Positions 19,038 through 29,142 of a stretch of 64,000 bases of DNA are shown here, piece after piece (positions within the stretch are counted from its first letter, which is position 1; each line of letters starts with the position of its first letter). The position numbers were made by a program, and so were the translations under genes. Under the pieces are notes generated by a model that ran no database searches, was not told where the DNA came from, and saw only the letters and a program-made list of their open reading frames with translations. This stretch comes from Polyangiaceae bacterium (GTDB lineage: Bacteria > Myxococcota_A > Polyangia > Polyangiales > Polyangiaceae). Where the stretch lies: positions 768,001 to 832,000 of the forward strand of contig CBDCTZ010000014.1 in NCBI GenBank assembly GCA_965222375.1, written 5' to 3'.

Positions 19038-19903
19038 TGCGCGGGGACACCCTTACCGCCATCGAAGCTGCCCTCGGCGCCCAGGTGCGATCCGAGCGCG
19101 GTTGCTCCGGCGGCGACATCAACGACGCCGCGGTGCTGCAGCTGAGCAGCGGTGACCAGGTGTTCGTGAAGACGAACGAAAGTGCGGCCCCCGCGATGTT
19201 TCCAGCCGAGGCGCGGGGGCTCGACTTCTTGCGCGAAGCGGGCGCTCTGCCGGTACCCCAGGTCATCGCGGTTTCCTCAGGTCGACGCGACGAACCCGCG
19301 TTCTTGGTGCTCGAGTTTCTGGAGCCGAGTCGCCCCGGGCCCGGACACGACGAATGCCTTGGGCGGGGCCTGGCACAGCTGCATCGCGCCGGCACCGACA
19401 GCTTCGGGCTCGACCACGACAACTTCATCGGGCGATTGCCTCAGACCAATTCGCCTTGCGACACCTGGGTCGAATTCTATCGCGAGCGGCGCATCCTGCG
19501 CGAAGTTCGCCGGGCGAGGCATTCCGGGCTCTACAATGCCGGCGACGTGCAGGTCTTCGAGAAGTTGACGGCGCGCTTCGATGATCTGCTCGGCGCCGCC
19601 GAGTCACCCTCGCGACTGCATGGGGATCTGTGGGGCGGCAACCTACACACCAGCGGTGGCGATCCGTGGCTGATCGATCCCGCCGTGTACGGTGGCCACC
19701 GCGAGATCGATCTAGCCATGATGCGCTTGTTCGGAGGCTTCTCCGGCGACGTATTCAGTGCCTACGCCGAAGCCTTTCCGCTCTCGCCCGGACACGCTGA
19801 GCGCGTCGAGCTGTACCAGCTGTACCCCGTGCTCGTTCACGTGAACCTCTTCGGCGGCGGCTACGTCCAGTCCGCTCTGCGCATCGCCCGCCGCTACAGC
19901 TAG
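19037..19903 (+). CDS. Fructosamine kinase family protein
   Basis: GGDIN, FVK, EARGL, LHGDLWGGN, IDPAVYGGHREIDLAM. Confidence 0.93.
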   Translation: MRGDTLTAIEAALGAQVRSERGCSGGDINDAAVLQLSSGDQVFVKTNESAAPAMFPAEARGLDFLREAGALPVPQVIAVSSGRRDEPAFLVLEFLEPSRPGPGHDECLGRGLAQLHRAGTDSFGLDHDNFIGRLPQTNSPCDTWVEFYRERRILREVRRARHSGLYNAGDVQVFEKLTARFDDLLGAAESPSRLHGDLWGGNLHTSGGDPWLIDPAVYGGHREIDLAMMRLFGGFSGDVFSAYAEAFPLSPGHAERVELYQLYPVLVHVNLFGGGYVQSALRIARRYS

Positions 19904-19987
19904 CGCGCCGCTACAGCTAGCCTGCCGTCGGCGGATTTCGCCAGCCACCCGCTGAGTTCAAATCACCGCTCGCCGACTCGGATCTTT

Positions 19988-20039
19988 GTTTGGGGTCGAG
20001 CAATGGGCCGTCGTTAGGCCACTACTCCCGCACCAGGCC
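19988..20039 (-). repeat. Dispersed repeat copy C
   Basis: Minus strand GGCC-N6-GG-GAGTAGTGGCCTAA-N15-CGACCCCAAAC. Confidence 0.8.
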
Positions 20040-20054
20040 CCGGTAGGGCGCACG

Positions 20055-21368
20055 TTACTGGAGACGCACGTCGTCGAGCAGAATGCCTGCGTGAATGCAA
20101 TCGAACGTAGTATGGTTTTCCCCGAGCACGCTCAGCACGACGTCCTTCCCAGCGTCGGACAATGACAACGAGATGTTTTGCGCTTCGCCGATCAACATGT
20201 CGTCGGGCAAAGCTGTGGTGGTCCCAATGGGTGGCTGGATCTGAGTGCGACTGCTCCCGCCCACCACCGCCGCGGTCAGGCGCAATCTGCTCAAGCCGCT
20301 GACGCACTTCGTGTATAGGCGCAAACTGGCCACCATATGCGTCTCAGTCGCCGTTCGCTGCAGCCGGAGCATCGCATGTGTCCCGGCGGGAACGTGCAAC
20401 ATGTGTGTCCCAGCAATGGCCCCCTCGCCCTTGAACTGCGTGACGATCTGCGGGCCCGTAGGAGGCCAGATACCCGTTGTGGAGTTCGATTCGAAGCCGT
20501 CCTGAGCCAGCACTCCGAAGTCGTCGATGGTAGTCAGCGTCGCGCTGGCTGGAAGCGGGCGCCCGCCTAGGTCCGCGCCAGAAAAACTGAGCTCCAAGTT
20601 GCTTCCGAACGGCAGCACGAGGTCAGAGCCGCCGCCGACAACAAAGCTCTCATCGACAGTGGGCTTCAGCGCCACGACTGCGCCGCTCCCCGCCTCGCGC
20701 ATGGTCATGGTCGTATTTGCGCGCAGCGGTTCGCTGAACGAGAGGTCTAGCGAAAGCAGTCCGCCCACGTCCGGCGGCGACTTGAATGTCGGGTCAGTCG
20801 CATCGACGACCCCAAGCAAGACAGCGGGCCCGTCCCAGTATTCGCCTTGCGAGTCGTACGAGCACTCCTGGCTGGAGTAGGCTCCAGACGCGTTCAGTTG
20901 CGCTGAGCCGCCCGCATCGTGACTGAAACTGAATGTGGCTGCCTCCAGCTGTGTCTTGGGCTGGCAAAAAGCGTTCAGTTTAGGTCCCAGACCGAGGATC
21001 AACGGAGCGTTGAGGTCGAAGCCATGGCTCGTGGCCCTGAGTTTCGCTCGCCCCGCGTTGCCTGGCGTGCCCCACACGACGCTGAGGGCGTCGGGGAGGG
21101 CACGTTCGACGTACAGCGTCACCGGCTCGCATGGCCCAATGCACCAATTCGGCCTGTCGGGGTCTCCAAGAAACCGCACGTCAAAGCTCAGGCCTTCGAG
21201 ATCTGCGGGCGGGATCGCAGCATCTCCAGGCTCGGCGTCGGTTGCTTGCGCATCCTTTGAGGCATCGGTGCCCGCATCCAGCTGACTCCCACCGGCAGCC
21301 CGTGAAGACGACTCCCCACATGCCCCGACGAGGGCGCCAACAAGCACCACTAGAGGAGCGGTCCGCAC
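20055..21368 (-). CDS. Hypothetical lipoprotein
   Basis: Lipobox LVGAC; DAG linker; beta-rich body. Confidence 0.7.
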   Translation of the reverse strand: MRTAPLVVLVGALVGACGESSSRAAGGSQLDAGTDASKDAQATDAEPGDAAIPPADLEGLSFDVRFLGDPDRPNWCIGPCEPVTLYVERALPDALSVVWGTPGNAGRAKLRATSHGFDLNAPLILGLGPKLNAFCQPKTQLEAATFSFSHDAGGSAQLNASGAYSSQECSYDSQGEYWDGPAVLLGVVDATDPTFKSPPDVGGLLSLDLSFSEPLRANTTMTMREAGSGAVVALKPTVDESFVVGGGSDLVLPFGSNLELSFSGADLGGRPLPASATLTTIDDFGVLAQDGFESNSTTGIWPPTGPQIVTQFKGEGAIAGTHMLHVPAGTHAMLRLQRTATETHMVASLRLYTKCVSGLSRLRLTAAVVGGSSRTQIQPPIGTTTALPDDMLIGEAQNISLSLSDAGKDVVLSVLGENHTTFDCIHAGILLDDVRLQ

Positions 21369-21572
21369 CGAAGAAACCTAGCAGTGCTTGCAGAGCCTGG
21401 CCAAACGCGAAGGCTGCAGAACTTGCGGCGGGGTCGGGCTACTCGCTGCTGTGGCGAGCGCCTCGGCATGGACCTGATCGGGAAGAGTCGCCGGCTGGCT
21501 GCGTATGCGGGTGGAGCACCGTGCTGGGCCGCCACGGTCGGAGCAAAGACATTGACTGCTATGGTCGTTGGT

Positions 21573-22421
21573 ATGCGTCGCTGGTCACCCGTTTTGGTGC
21601 TGCTTGCGCTTGCCTGCGCCAGCACGAGGGAGCCGCCGGCGGCGTTGGGCAGTGAGCCGGCACATGCGGCGTCGCCACCCCTGGCGCCGACTTCATCCCG
21701 CGCTTCGAGTCCGCCCCCGGAGCCGAAACCGGAGGCGGCCGTTGCGCCAAAAGCGGCAGCGCCGAAAAAGGCCAAGCCCTGTCGGCACCGTATGAAGCCT
21801 GCGCCAGAGAAAGAGCAGCTCGCGGCGGTCGCGCTGGCGCGCAGCGCACGGCCTGGGGGCAGGGCGACGGGGTCGAAGGGGTTCTACCAGGCCGTGGTCC
21901 CGCAGGGTTTCAAGCGCAACGATCGCGCGCAGCAGTACGACCAGATGCAGATCAACAAGGGCAGGGTGCACGCCTTCGTGCACGACGCAGCGCCCTACGT
22001 TTTCGTCGAGGTGCGCCGCCGCCCGAAGGTCAAAGTCGCGAAAGGTGCGACCCTACGCGTCTGGGCGGAAGCGGTGCTTCGGCAATATGAACCCCTCCAC
22101 GACGCCGTGATCACTCTTGGCGGCCTGAGGGGACCTGCAGCGTTCATCACGAGCGTGCCGGTGTACTTCGCTGACTGGCGCGACAAACGCGGACGCCGCC
22201 ACATGGAATACGCCTACGTGCCCAAGGGCTGTGACCGCTCTGAGGTCTACGAGCGCTTCGTCGAGGTCGGCCACGAACTGATGCAGGTCACCATGGACAT
22301 CAACGGCACGGCCCCACCAGCCATCGCGGCCGCTTGGCTGGACGCCTTCTTCGATGCGCCCCTAGCGACGCAGGCCCCCGCAGCGCGCCGTTTCGCCTAC
22401 GGCGAGCGCCATAACCTGTGA
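21573..22421 (+). CDS. Hypothetical lipoprotein
   Basis: MRRWSPVLVLLALAC lipobox; Pro/Ala linker. Confidence 0.7.
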   Translation: MRRWSPVLVLLALACASTREPPAALGSEPAHAASPPLAPTSSRASSPPPEPKPEAAVAPKAAAPKKAKPCRHRMKPAPEKEQLAAVALARSARPGGRATGSKGFYQAVVPQGFKRNDRAQQYDQMQINKGRVHAFVHDAAPYVFVEVRRRPKVKVAKGATLRVWAEAVLRQYEPLHDAVITLGGLRGPAAFITSVPVYFADWRDKRGRRHMEYAYVPKGCDRSEVYERFVEVGHELMQVTMDINGTAPPAIAAAWLDAFFDAPLATQAPAARRFAYGERHNL

Positions 22422-22597
22422 GTTGGCCTCAGCAGCCGAGTCCGCAAACTGGCCGCACTCGAACCGAACGCCTGCGGGTGAACCATCTGGGGGCTATCTG
22501 ACCCAGGTTGAAGCCTGGCTGGGTCGGGTGCGCCCCAGCGCAACCCTAGCTTTTCGCAGCTTGTCGTTCGGCACACGGGTTGCACACGCGGGCGCTC

Positions 22598-23848
22598 ATG
22601 GCTCCGTTCCGCGCTCTAGCTGCAGTCCTTCCTGCGACTCTCGTTTTCCTCGCATGCTCCAGCGGCGCTGGCGGCGGAGGGGGAGGCGGGGGCATGGGTC
22701 CCGATGGAGGTGGCGGGTTCGGTAACTTCGGCGCCTTTGGTGGGTCGAGCGCTGCCGGTGGCGGCGCGGCGACGGGTGGCGCCGCGGGCGGTTCGGCTTG
22801 TGGCGCCGGCTTGTTGCAGTGTGGTGCGGAATGCGTCGACGTGGCGATCGATGCCGCTCACTGTGGAGGCTGCAGTCAGGCTTGCGCGCCGTCGCAGGTT
22901 TGCGTTGGTGGCGGCTGTACCGCGCCCCCAGATGTGTGTCCGCCGGGAGGGTGTCCCGCGGGGAGCTATTGCGATCTGGCTCAGAACAAATGCCTGGCGG
23001 GTTGCCTCAACGACGAGGGCTGCAAGGAGAGCCAGCGCTGCGAAAGCAACAGCTGCGTGGGCTGTCCCACGGGCCTCGGCAACTGCGATCGCATTGCTGC
23101 CGATGGCTGCGAAACTCCCATTGCCACGGATACCCAGAATTGCGGCGCCTGCGGCAAGGTCTGCCCTTCGGGGCGCTCCTGCTCGGGTGGCGCGTGCGTG
23201 TGCGCGGGCAATACCCTGGACTGCGGCGGCAGCTGCGTGGACACTCAAAGCAACGACGCCCACTGCGGTAGCTGCAACAACAAGTGCACGCCCCCTGCGA
23301 ACGCCACGGCATCCTGCGCGGGTGGCAAGTGCCAGACGAACTGCAACACGGGCTACCACCTGTGCGGAACGAGTTGCGCGTCCAACACCGACGTTGCCAC
23401 TTGCGGCACTTCATGCACGCCCTGCACGCCGCCGGCCAATGCGACTGCGACCTGCGACGGGACCAGCTGCGACTTCACCTGCAACACCGGCTACGTGCGG
23501 GATGGCGCTATCTGCGTGGAAAACTGCGCTGCCGCGGGTTGCTCGGGATTCAACTGGTGCGACACGAGCACAGGGCTCTGCAAGGCGGGCTGCACCAAGC
23601 ATACTCAGTGCAAGAACCACGAGTTCTGCGCCATCGCGACCCACGAGTGCCTGGTGACGGCGGACTCGAGTTGTCCAGCTGGGTACAAGTATCACGGTCA
23701 ATGCAGCAACGGGAAATCCCACTGCTCTCACGGCAAGCTGCCCAGTGGTACCAAGTACGTATTCGTGAGTCCGTGCCCCGCGGGCACGGTACAGCGCGGT
23801 AGCTTCTACTGCAGCGACGTGACCCGGATCTGCGTGCCAGATCTTTAA
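22598..23848 (+). CDS. Myxobacterial Cys-rich repeat lipoprotein
   Basis: Lipobox FLAC; Gly linker; repeated C..D..HCG.C...C units. Confidence 0.85.
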   Translation: MAPFRALAAVLPATLVFLACSSGAGGGGGGGGMGPDGGGGFGNFGAFGGSSAAGGGAATGGAAGGSACGAGLLQCGAECVDVAIDAAHCGGCSQACAPSQVCVGGGCTAPPDVCPPGGCPAGSYCDLAQNKCLAGCLNDEGCKESQRCESNSCVGCPTGLGNCDRIAADGCETPIATDTQNCGACGKVCPSGRSCSGGACVCAGNTLDCGGSCVDTQSNDAHCGSCNNKCTPPANATASCAGGKCQTNCNTGYHLCGTSCASNTDVATCGTSCTPCTPPANATATCDGTSCDFTCNTGYVRDGAICVENCAAAGCSGFNWCDTSTGLCKAGCTKHTQCKNHEFCAIATHECLVTADSSCPAGYKYHGQCSNGKSHCSHGKLPSGTKYVFVSPCPAGTVQRGSFYCSDVTRICVPDL

Positions 23849-23960
23849 GCAGGGTGCGCCAGCATGGGCACGTGCCAGCCGCGGCGACTCCGCGCTCGCG
23901 GCCTACCTGCCCAGGCGCGCGGACCATCCCGAGAAGCTTTTCGAGCCCGCGGCCCAAGGC

Positions 23961-24012
23961 GGGCCCGCTCGAGATTAGTGCCCTTGGGCGGCCCAGGGAA
24001 TCGACCCCAAAC
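23961..24012 (+). repeat. Dispersed repeat copy D
   Basis: GGGC-N6-GA-GATTAGTGCCCTTG-N15-CGACCCCAAAC. Confidence 0.7.
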
Positions 24013-24105
24013 CCACAGTCCAAGCCAGGCAATGCCCAGCAATTCGGCGGCCCTGACGCTCTTGGGTTGACGGCAGCCGGGCGCGGGAGAAGGCAGTCCG
24101 TTGTC

Positions 24106-24723
24106 ATGCCTCGGACGAACGTGCAGAGCGGTGAGAATTTGGCGAGCGCCCTTGCGGCGCTATCGAAGGGGGCGTGGCTCACCGCGGTGGGCGATGTCGA
24201 AGCCGTGGAGCTGAGTCTGGCCTACGCGGATGGCTCTGCGGACAAGAGCTTGTCGGGTCGCTGGACCCTGGCCTCCCTGGCCGGACCCGTGGGCGGCCCA
24301 TTCTGGGTGGTGCTCAGCCGCCTGACCGAGACTGGCGTTAGCGTCGTTGCCGGGCAGTTGAAGCAGGCCACGTCATGCGGGGTGCATGTGTTCGGCCATG
24401 GCGGAGCTGAAACCGAGGCAGCTTCGGAATCCGCCGCGCAGCCCAAGGCGCGGGCAAAGAGCGATTGGGCGGCGCAGGCGAAAGCAGCTGCGCCGCAAGC
24501 AGCGCCAGAACCCGAAGAAGAGGTGTGGCCGGAGGTGGGGGATCTCGTCGACCACTTTGCGTTCGGGCTATGCGACGTGTTGATGGCGTCGGACGACCGC
24601 CTCAAGATCCGGGACAAGAACGGGCCGGGGCGGATTCGCGAGATCCGTGCGGAAGTGTTGCGGGTGGGGTCTCCGGTGGCCAAAGACGGCAAGCGGCTGT
24701 TCAAACTCGAGAGAAAGAATTGA
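24106..24723 (+). CDS. Hypothetical protein, PPC/DUF296-like N-terminus plus small C-terminal beta domain
   Basis: GE.L...L...W..A.G.V...L...LASLAG...V.LS...VAG.L pattern; C-terminal PEVGDLVDHFAFG. Confidence 0.6.
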   Translation: MPRTNVQSGENLASALAALSKGAWLTAVGDVEAVELSLAYADGSADKSLSGRWTLASLAGPVGGPFWVVLSRLTETGVSVVAGQLKQATSCGVHVFGHGGAETEAASESAAQPKARAKSDWAAQAKAAAPQAAPEPEEEVWPEVGDLVDHFAFGLCDVLMASDDRLKIRDKNGPGRIREIRAEVLRVGSPVAKDGKRLFKLERKN

Positions 24724-25427
24724 CCGAGCCATCGGCGGTTGCTGAGCTGGCGCGACTCGACGCGGTCATTGCGGCGAAACCCCGCGGGCGAGCGTCTCTG
24801 GCACCAGGTCGAGCTCAGGCCACGTCGCTGGTCGAACTACTGGGGCAGCTGACCGATGCAAATCAGCGGCCCGCTTTCGCGAGGGTGCTCGTCGACATCG
24901 TCTCCGCAACCCTCGAGCATTTTCCAGAGAACATTTTTTGGGACTTCGACTACCTGGCGCGCTCGATCCGAGGCCTCGAGCCCGCGCCGCGAATCGAGGT
25001 GGCGCAGTTGATCGTGGGGCTCAATCGGCGGTTCGGCAGAACCTCGGTGATTGCTTTCCGCTACGCCCACGACTTCTTGTACGGCTTCGACTGGGCTCGC
25101 TGGGCGAAGAAAGCACCAGAGACCCGTGCCAGCATTGGTCCATTTGCCGCCGTGTTCCTGCGCTCCATGGACCAGCGGGGGCGGGAGCTGGAGCAGCTCA
25201 TCGCGCACAACGACTCCAAGTATCCGCAGCTGCCGGCTGGAGCGGCCCGCAACCCCTTCGAGTTTTCTCGGGAGCCCGACGACGAGTTCAGGCTTTTCTC
25301 CGTGCTGGCGGAACGAAAGCTCATTCCCGTGCCGGCTTGGGACCGTGAAGCGAACCTCGACTTCGAGCCGGGCTACACGCGACTCAGAACCGAGACGGCG
25401 CGGGAACTCGGCCTCGGGTCGAGTTGA
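24720..25427 (+). CDS. Conserved hypothetical protein
   Basis: FPENIFWDFDY, FRYAHDFLYGFDWARW, RNPF.FSREP; TTGA overlap with the upstream gene. Confidence 0.7.
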   Translation: MTEPSAVAELARLDAVIAAKPRGRASLAPGRAQATSLVELLGQLTDANQRPAFARVLVDIVSATLEHFPENIFWDFDYLARSIRGLEPAPRIEVAQLIVGLNRRFGRTSVIAFRYAHDFLYGFDWARWAKKAPETRASIGPFAAVFLRSMDQRGRELEQLIAHNDSKYPQLPAGAARNPFEFSREPDDEFRLFSVLAERKLIPVPAWDREANLDFEPGYTRLRTETARELGLGSS

Positions 25428-25433
25428 CGCCAG

Positions 25434-26360
25434 CTACCGAGCGCGAGCTTGGCTCAGTTCGGCGAACAGCCGAGGGAGAGCTTGCTTGTCGTTGGCGCCG
25501 GCGCGGCCCTGAGCGGCTTGGATTAGCGCGGGCATGCCTTCGTAGTCGACGACCTTCAGGGCCTTGAGGGTTCGGTTGCGCGCGTTTCCGGTGTGCCTCA
25601 GGTAGGCGGCCAAGAGCGCTCGCCCGGCGACTTCGCGTACGGCTTGGCGCTCCGGCTTGGCGCGCAGCCGGGGCGTTTTCCAAGCCCAAGCGTTGCCTAG
25701 ATTGGACAGTCCGCGCACTGCGGCAAGGGACAGCGCTGGGTTCTTTGCGCGGGACCAGCGGTTGAGCTCATGTGCTGCGACGAGGTTGCGACACTCACCT
25801 AGAGCTGCAATTCGTGCCGACAAGTGGGAAGCCTTGTCGGTGAGGCCCGCGACGAGTTGAGCCGTGACGCTCGGGCTGTCTAGCTTGCATAGCGCCTCGG
25901 TGGCTGCGAATGCCAAGTCTGGGTGATGGGCTGCTCTCTGCGCTGCTGCAAGCACCGGCGTGGCGCGGCGATCGCGCAGTTCGCCAACCGCCTCCAGCAG
26001 GCTGACCTGAAGAGTCGCCTGCCCCGCAGGAGACATCTGCCGCTTGGACGGCGTTCGCAGTGCGAGCAGCTCTAACATGGGTAGTAGCGCCTTGGCCCCA
26101 AGGCTGCGCAGTGCGAGGGTCACGGAAGCGTGTCGCCCGCGGCGGGCTCGCGTGCGCCGCTCCGCCAGATCTCGAGCTCGAGCCACCCGTGCGAAGAGCG
26201 CCGCGTCGGTCTGCCGCGCCTGCCTCACGCTGATATCGAGCTTGGCGCGGTCACGGGCAGTGAGCTGAGCTGGGGCCAGCAAGACTCCGGACTCGGCTCG
26301 AGCGGGACTCGCCGCGCCTGCTAGCCACGCTGCGCACAGCACTGCCAACCAGCGCTTCAT
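25434..26360 (-). CDS. Secreted HEAT-repeat-like protein
   Basis: Signal peptide MKRWLAVLC...ARA; helical ALG-type repeats; TGATG coupling to the PAD gene. Confidence 0.7.
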   Translation of the reverse strand: MKRWLAVLCAAWLAGAASPARAESGVLLAPAQLTARDRAKLDISVRQARQTDAALFARVARARDLAERRTRARRGRHASVTLALRSLGAKALLPMLELLALRTPSKRQMSPAGQATLQVSLLEAVGELRDRRATPVLAAAQRAAHHPDLAFAATEALCKLDSPSVTAQLVAGLTDKASHLSARIAALGECRNLVAAHELNRWSRAKNPALSLAAVRGLSNLGNAWAWKTPRLRAKPERQAVREVAGRALLAAYLRHTGNARNRTLKALKVVDYEGMPALIQAAQGRAGANDKQALPRLFAELSQARAR

Positions 26361-28270
26361 CAGGGCACGCCCTCCCACCATGCCGCGGTCACTTCGCGGT
26401 CGTGGTTGGTGCCGCAGTGAACCTCGCCTCCCAAGCGGTGGTACAGATCCCAATCCTCGACCCAGGCGACGCTGACGCCAAAGGGCGCGAGGGCGGTTTC
26501 GAGCTGCTGCTTGAAGATGTCTTTGCCGTTGATGACTGGACCGTGAGGATCGGGTGCAGCAAAGACTTTGTCTCCCACCGCATGGCCGTTGACGGTGCCG
26601 GGCTGATACGCGGCGGAAAGGCCGTTGTTCTTGTAGTGCAGGAAGGGAACCCGCACGATGTCTGCGTCGGTGACGCCCGTGGCCGCCTTGATGACACTGA
26701 GTTGATCTGCGATTTCGACGTCGGCCACCGCGCTCTGAGCCATCACGCCGCTATCGGCCAGGACTTGATCGACGGTTGCGGTGAAGGGCGTGTTGTCCCA
26801 CCAGAGCTTGCCCGAAAATAGAACCGCACTGCCGTGGCCTTGGGATTGGGCCTGCTCGAGCATCGTGCGCGCCAACTTGGGGTCATTGACCAACATGACC
26901 CAACCCCTGGGCGACTTGGCTCGCACGAAACTCACGGTTTCGTCCACGTGGGCGACGCTGAGCCATGACGTGTCGATCTCGACGATGGGCTGCGAGGCCT
27001 GGGCGCTCAAGAGCTCGATCAGGCTCTTGTCGGGGCTGAAGTCTGCAGTGGAGCCGATCAACAGGCGACCAAGGGGGAAGTTCTGGCCCGCAAAGGAATG
27101 AGGCGGAATGGCTTCGACGTTGCCCAGCGAATTGAGGGTGTCCGCGCTGTCGGGGTGAGCAGGATCGTAGTGGGTCACGCCGGCTCGATCCCGACCGTGG
27201 AAGAAGTCATATACGACTCGCCCAGCCGTGCGCAGTTTGCCTGCTTTGAAGTTCGGCGAACGCAAGTACACCCGGATGACATGCTGACCACCACCTGGGC
27301 GCGGCATCGACATGTAGGCGGTTTCGAAGTAGTCCTGGGTCCACTGGTCACCGAGGCCATCGGGCAATTCGGTGTACTTGGTGACCGCTGCTGCGCAGGC
27401 CTTGTTCACATCGGCACGAAAATCCGTAGACGCTTTGGAGGCGAAGGGCGTCGTGTAGATCTCAGTGGCCCGTTGGGCGTGGTGGTGAAGCACGACCGGC
27501 GCCATACGCAGTTTGACGCTGTCGCTCTGTTGCGGATCGGTCTCAAGGCTGACTCGCAGGGTCAGGGTTCCATCCCAAGTTGCGTCGCGGAGGATGTCGC
27601 GGCCCTCGATGCGGAGCTCGACCCCGGCGGTGACGTCGGCGTGGGAGAGCGCGGCGTTGCTGGCGATGGTGCTGAAGCTTGCGGCATTGCCTTTGAATAG
27701 ACGGACGCGGTCCGCTACCTGCGCCGGGATGATTTCGAGCTTGGCGCCGACGCCAACCGGTGCACTGGGCCATGGCAGCAATTGAATCGAGGCCAAGTCC
27801 CGTAGATCTTCCGGCCCGTCGATTTCAGTGTTGGCCGCGTCCTGGCACTTGGCCATGTCCTCGTCACTGACCGCGGCGCCCTTGGGGCAGCTCTGGGCGT
27901 CGTCGTCGATGTTTGCCAAGAACAGCGCGCTCTGGCTGTCTTCCAGGCTGTCATCACTGCTGCCAAAGAGCTCGATGTCGCCGTCGCGATCGGAATCCGC
28001 ACGCAGGTCGAGCTCGGTGGCGACGGGCGCGCCGGCGCTGCCGCCACTGCCTGGGCAGGAAGCGTCGAAGTTCACGCAGCAGTTTCCCAGAGCGATGCAA
28101 GCGCAGTCGTTGCTGCATCCGCCCGCGGTTCCGCCGGCGCCCGCAGTGCCTGCCGCGCCGGCCGCGCCCCCCGAGCCCGGTTCGGATTCCGAGTCCGATG
28201 AGCATCCCAAAGCGATGCTGCTGGCGATCAGCGCTAGCGCGACGATAGCGCCGCGCATCATGACAGCCAC
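26360..28270 (-). CDS. Protein-arginine deiminase (PAD) family lipoprotein
   Basis: DQWTQD, SLGNVE.IPP, DTSWLSVAHVDE, PG.VN, GEVHCGTN (catalytic D-H-D-C); lipobox IALGC. Confidence 0.92.
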   Translation of the reverse strand: MAVMMRGAIVALALIASSIALGCSSDSESEPGSGGAAGAAGTAGAGGTAGGCSNDCACIALGNCCVNFDASCPGSGGSAGAPVATELDLRADSDRDGDIELFGSSDDSLEDSQSALFLANIDDDAQSCPKGAAVSDEDMAKCQDAANTEIDGPEDLRDLASIQLLPWPSAPVGVGAKLEIIPAQVADRVRLFKGNAASFSTIASNAALSHADVTAGVELRIEGRDILRDATWDGTLTLRVSLETDPQQSDSVKLRMAPVVLHHHAQRATEIYTTPFASKASTDFRADVNKACAAAVTKYTELPDGLGDQWTQDYFETAYMSMPRPGGGQHVIRVYLRSPNFKAGKLRTAGRVVYDFFHGRDRAGVTHYDPAHPDSADTLNSLGNVEAIPPHSFAGQNFPLGRLLIGSTADFSPDKSLIELLSAQASQPIVEIDTSWLSVAHVDETVSFVRAKSPRGWVMLVNDPKLARTMLEQAQSQGHGSAVLFSGKLWWDNTPFTATVDQVLADSGVMAQSAVADVEIADQLSVIKAATGVTDADIVRVPFLHYKNNGLSAAYQPGTVNGHAVGDKVFAAPDPHGPVINGKDIFKQQLETALAPFGVSVAWVEDWDLYHRLGGEVHCGTNHDREVTAAWWEGVP

Positions 28271-29142
28271 ACCGCCGCCGACCAGCCAATCTGTGCCAGC
28301 AGACCCGCGCTGCCGGCAGCAAGCACGAAGGGGATCGCGTCACGACCGGAGCCCTTGGGGCTCGCAAGGGCGACCACCAACGCGACGACAGCAGGTGCGA
28401 CAGAGGCAAGCCGCACCCACAGCGCCGAGTTCGGCGTGGCCCAGGGGGTGGCCGCCAGGGCCACAGCGATCACTCCAAGCGCTGCGAAGCGCGCCGGGCC
28501 GCCGCCCATGCGCACCGGAACCGTGACTTTCGAGGTACGGGCATCGGACTCTTCGTCAGGTACGGCCGTGACCACGTTGCCGGCCCAGCCCAGGGCGTAG
28601 GTCGGTACCAACGCAAGCCCGGGAAAGCCGCCCAGGGTCGATGCCTGAAAGTAAAACCCCACGATGGGGAGCACGACGCCGACGCCCAGGGCTTGGAGAT
28701 GCTCGCCGCCGCCGCGGTAGGACAATCTGGCTGGGGGGAAGCTGTAGACCCAGAGCAGAAAGAGCGGACAGGTAACGAAGAGCAGCGCCAGCGGCAGCCG
28801 CTCGGTCAGCGTCAGTGCCAGGCCCAAGACGCCCAAAGCCAAGGCGCAGCCCAAGGCGGCTTTCGCGAGTGCCGCCGGGTGAATGCGCTCTTCCACCAAG
28901 ACCCGGGAGCCCCCGGAAAACGGCGTGGGTTCGGCGTTTTCGCGGTCCGACGCCAAGTCGGCCACGTCATTGGCGAAGACGATGAACAGCTGGGCGAGCA
29001 GGCCGAAGGCGTGCACCCAGGCGAAGCGCTTCCAGGAAAAGGTATCGAAGGCGCCGAAGGCGAGCGCTTGTCCGAAGAGCAGCGGGACTGCGATGTTGGC
29101 CTGAGAGAGCGGGCGGGCTGCCTGCACCCAAGCGGAGATCAC
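28258..29142 (-). CDS. UbiA/MenA-like prenyltransferase (second paralog)
   Basis: NDVADLASD, FSGGS, LSYRGGGE, PDEESD...K.T; GTGA overlap. Confidence 0.88.
   Translation of the reverse strand: MISAWVQAARPLSQANIAVPLLFGQALAFGAFDTFSWKRFAWVHAFGLLAQLFIVFANDVADLASDRENAEPTPFSGGSRVLVEERIHPAALAKAALGCALALGVLGLALTLTERLPLALLFVTCPLFLLWVYSFPPARLSYRGGGEHLQALGVGVVLPIVGFYFQASTLGGFPGLALVPTYALGWAGNVVTAVPDEESDARTSKVTVPVRMGGGPARFAALGVIAVALAATPWATPNSALWVRLASVAPAVVALVVALASPKGSGRDAIPFVLAAGSAGLLAQIGWSAAVWLS

Noticed and set aside
19988..24012. Repeats as integron attC sites
   Set aside because: No RYYYAAC...GTTRRRY boxes, mixed orientations, and no integrase in the window.
24720..25427. Ferrochelatase label sometimes attached to this family
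   Set aside because: No HemH motifs are visible, so it is left as hypothetical.
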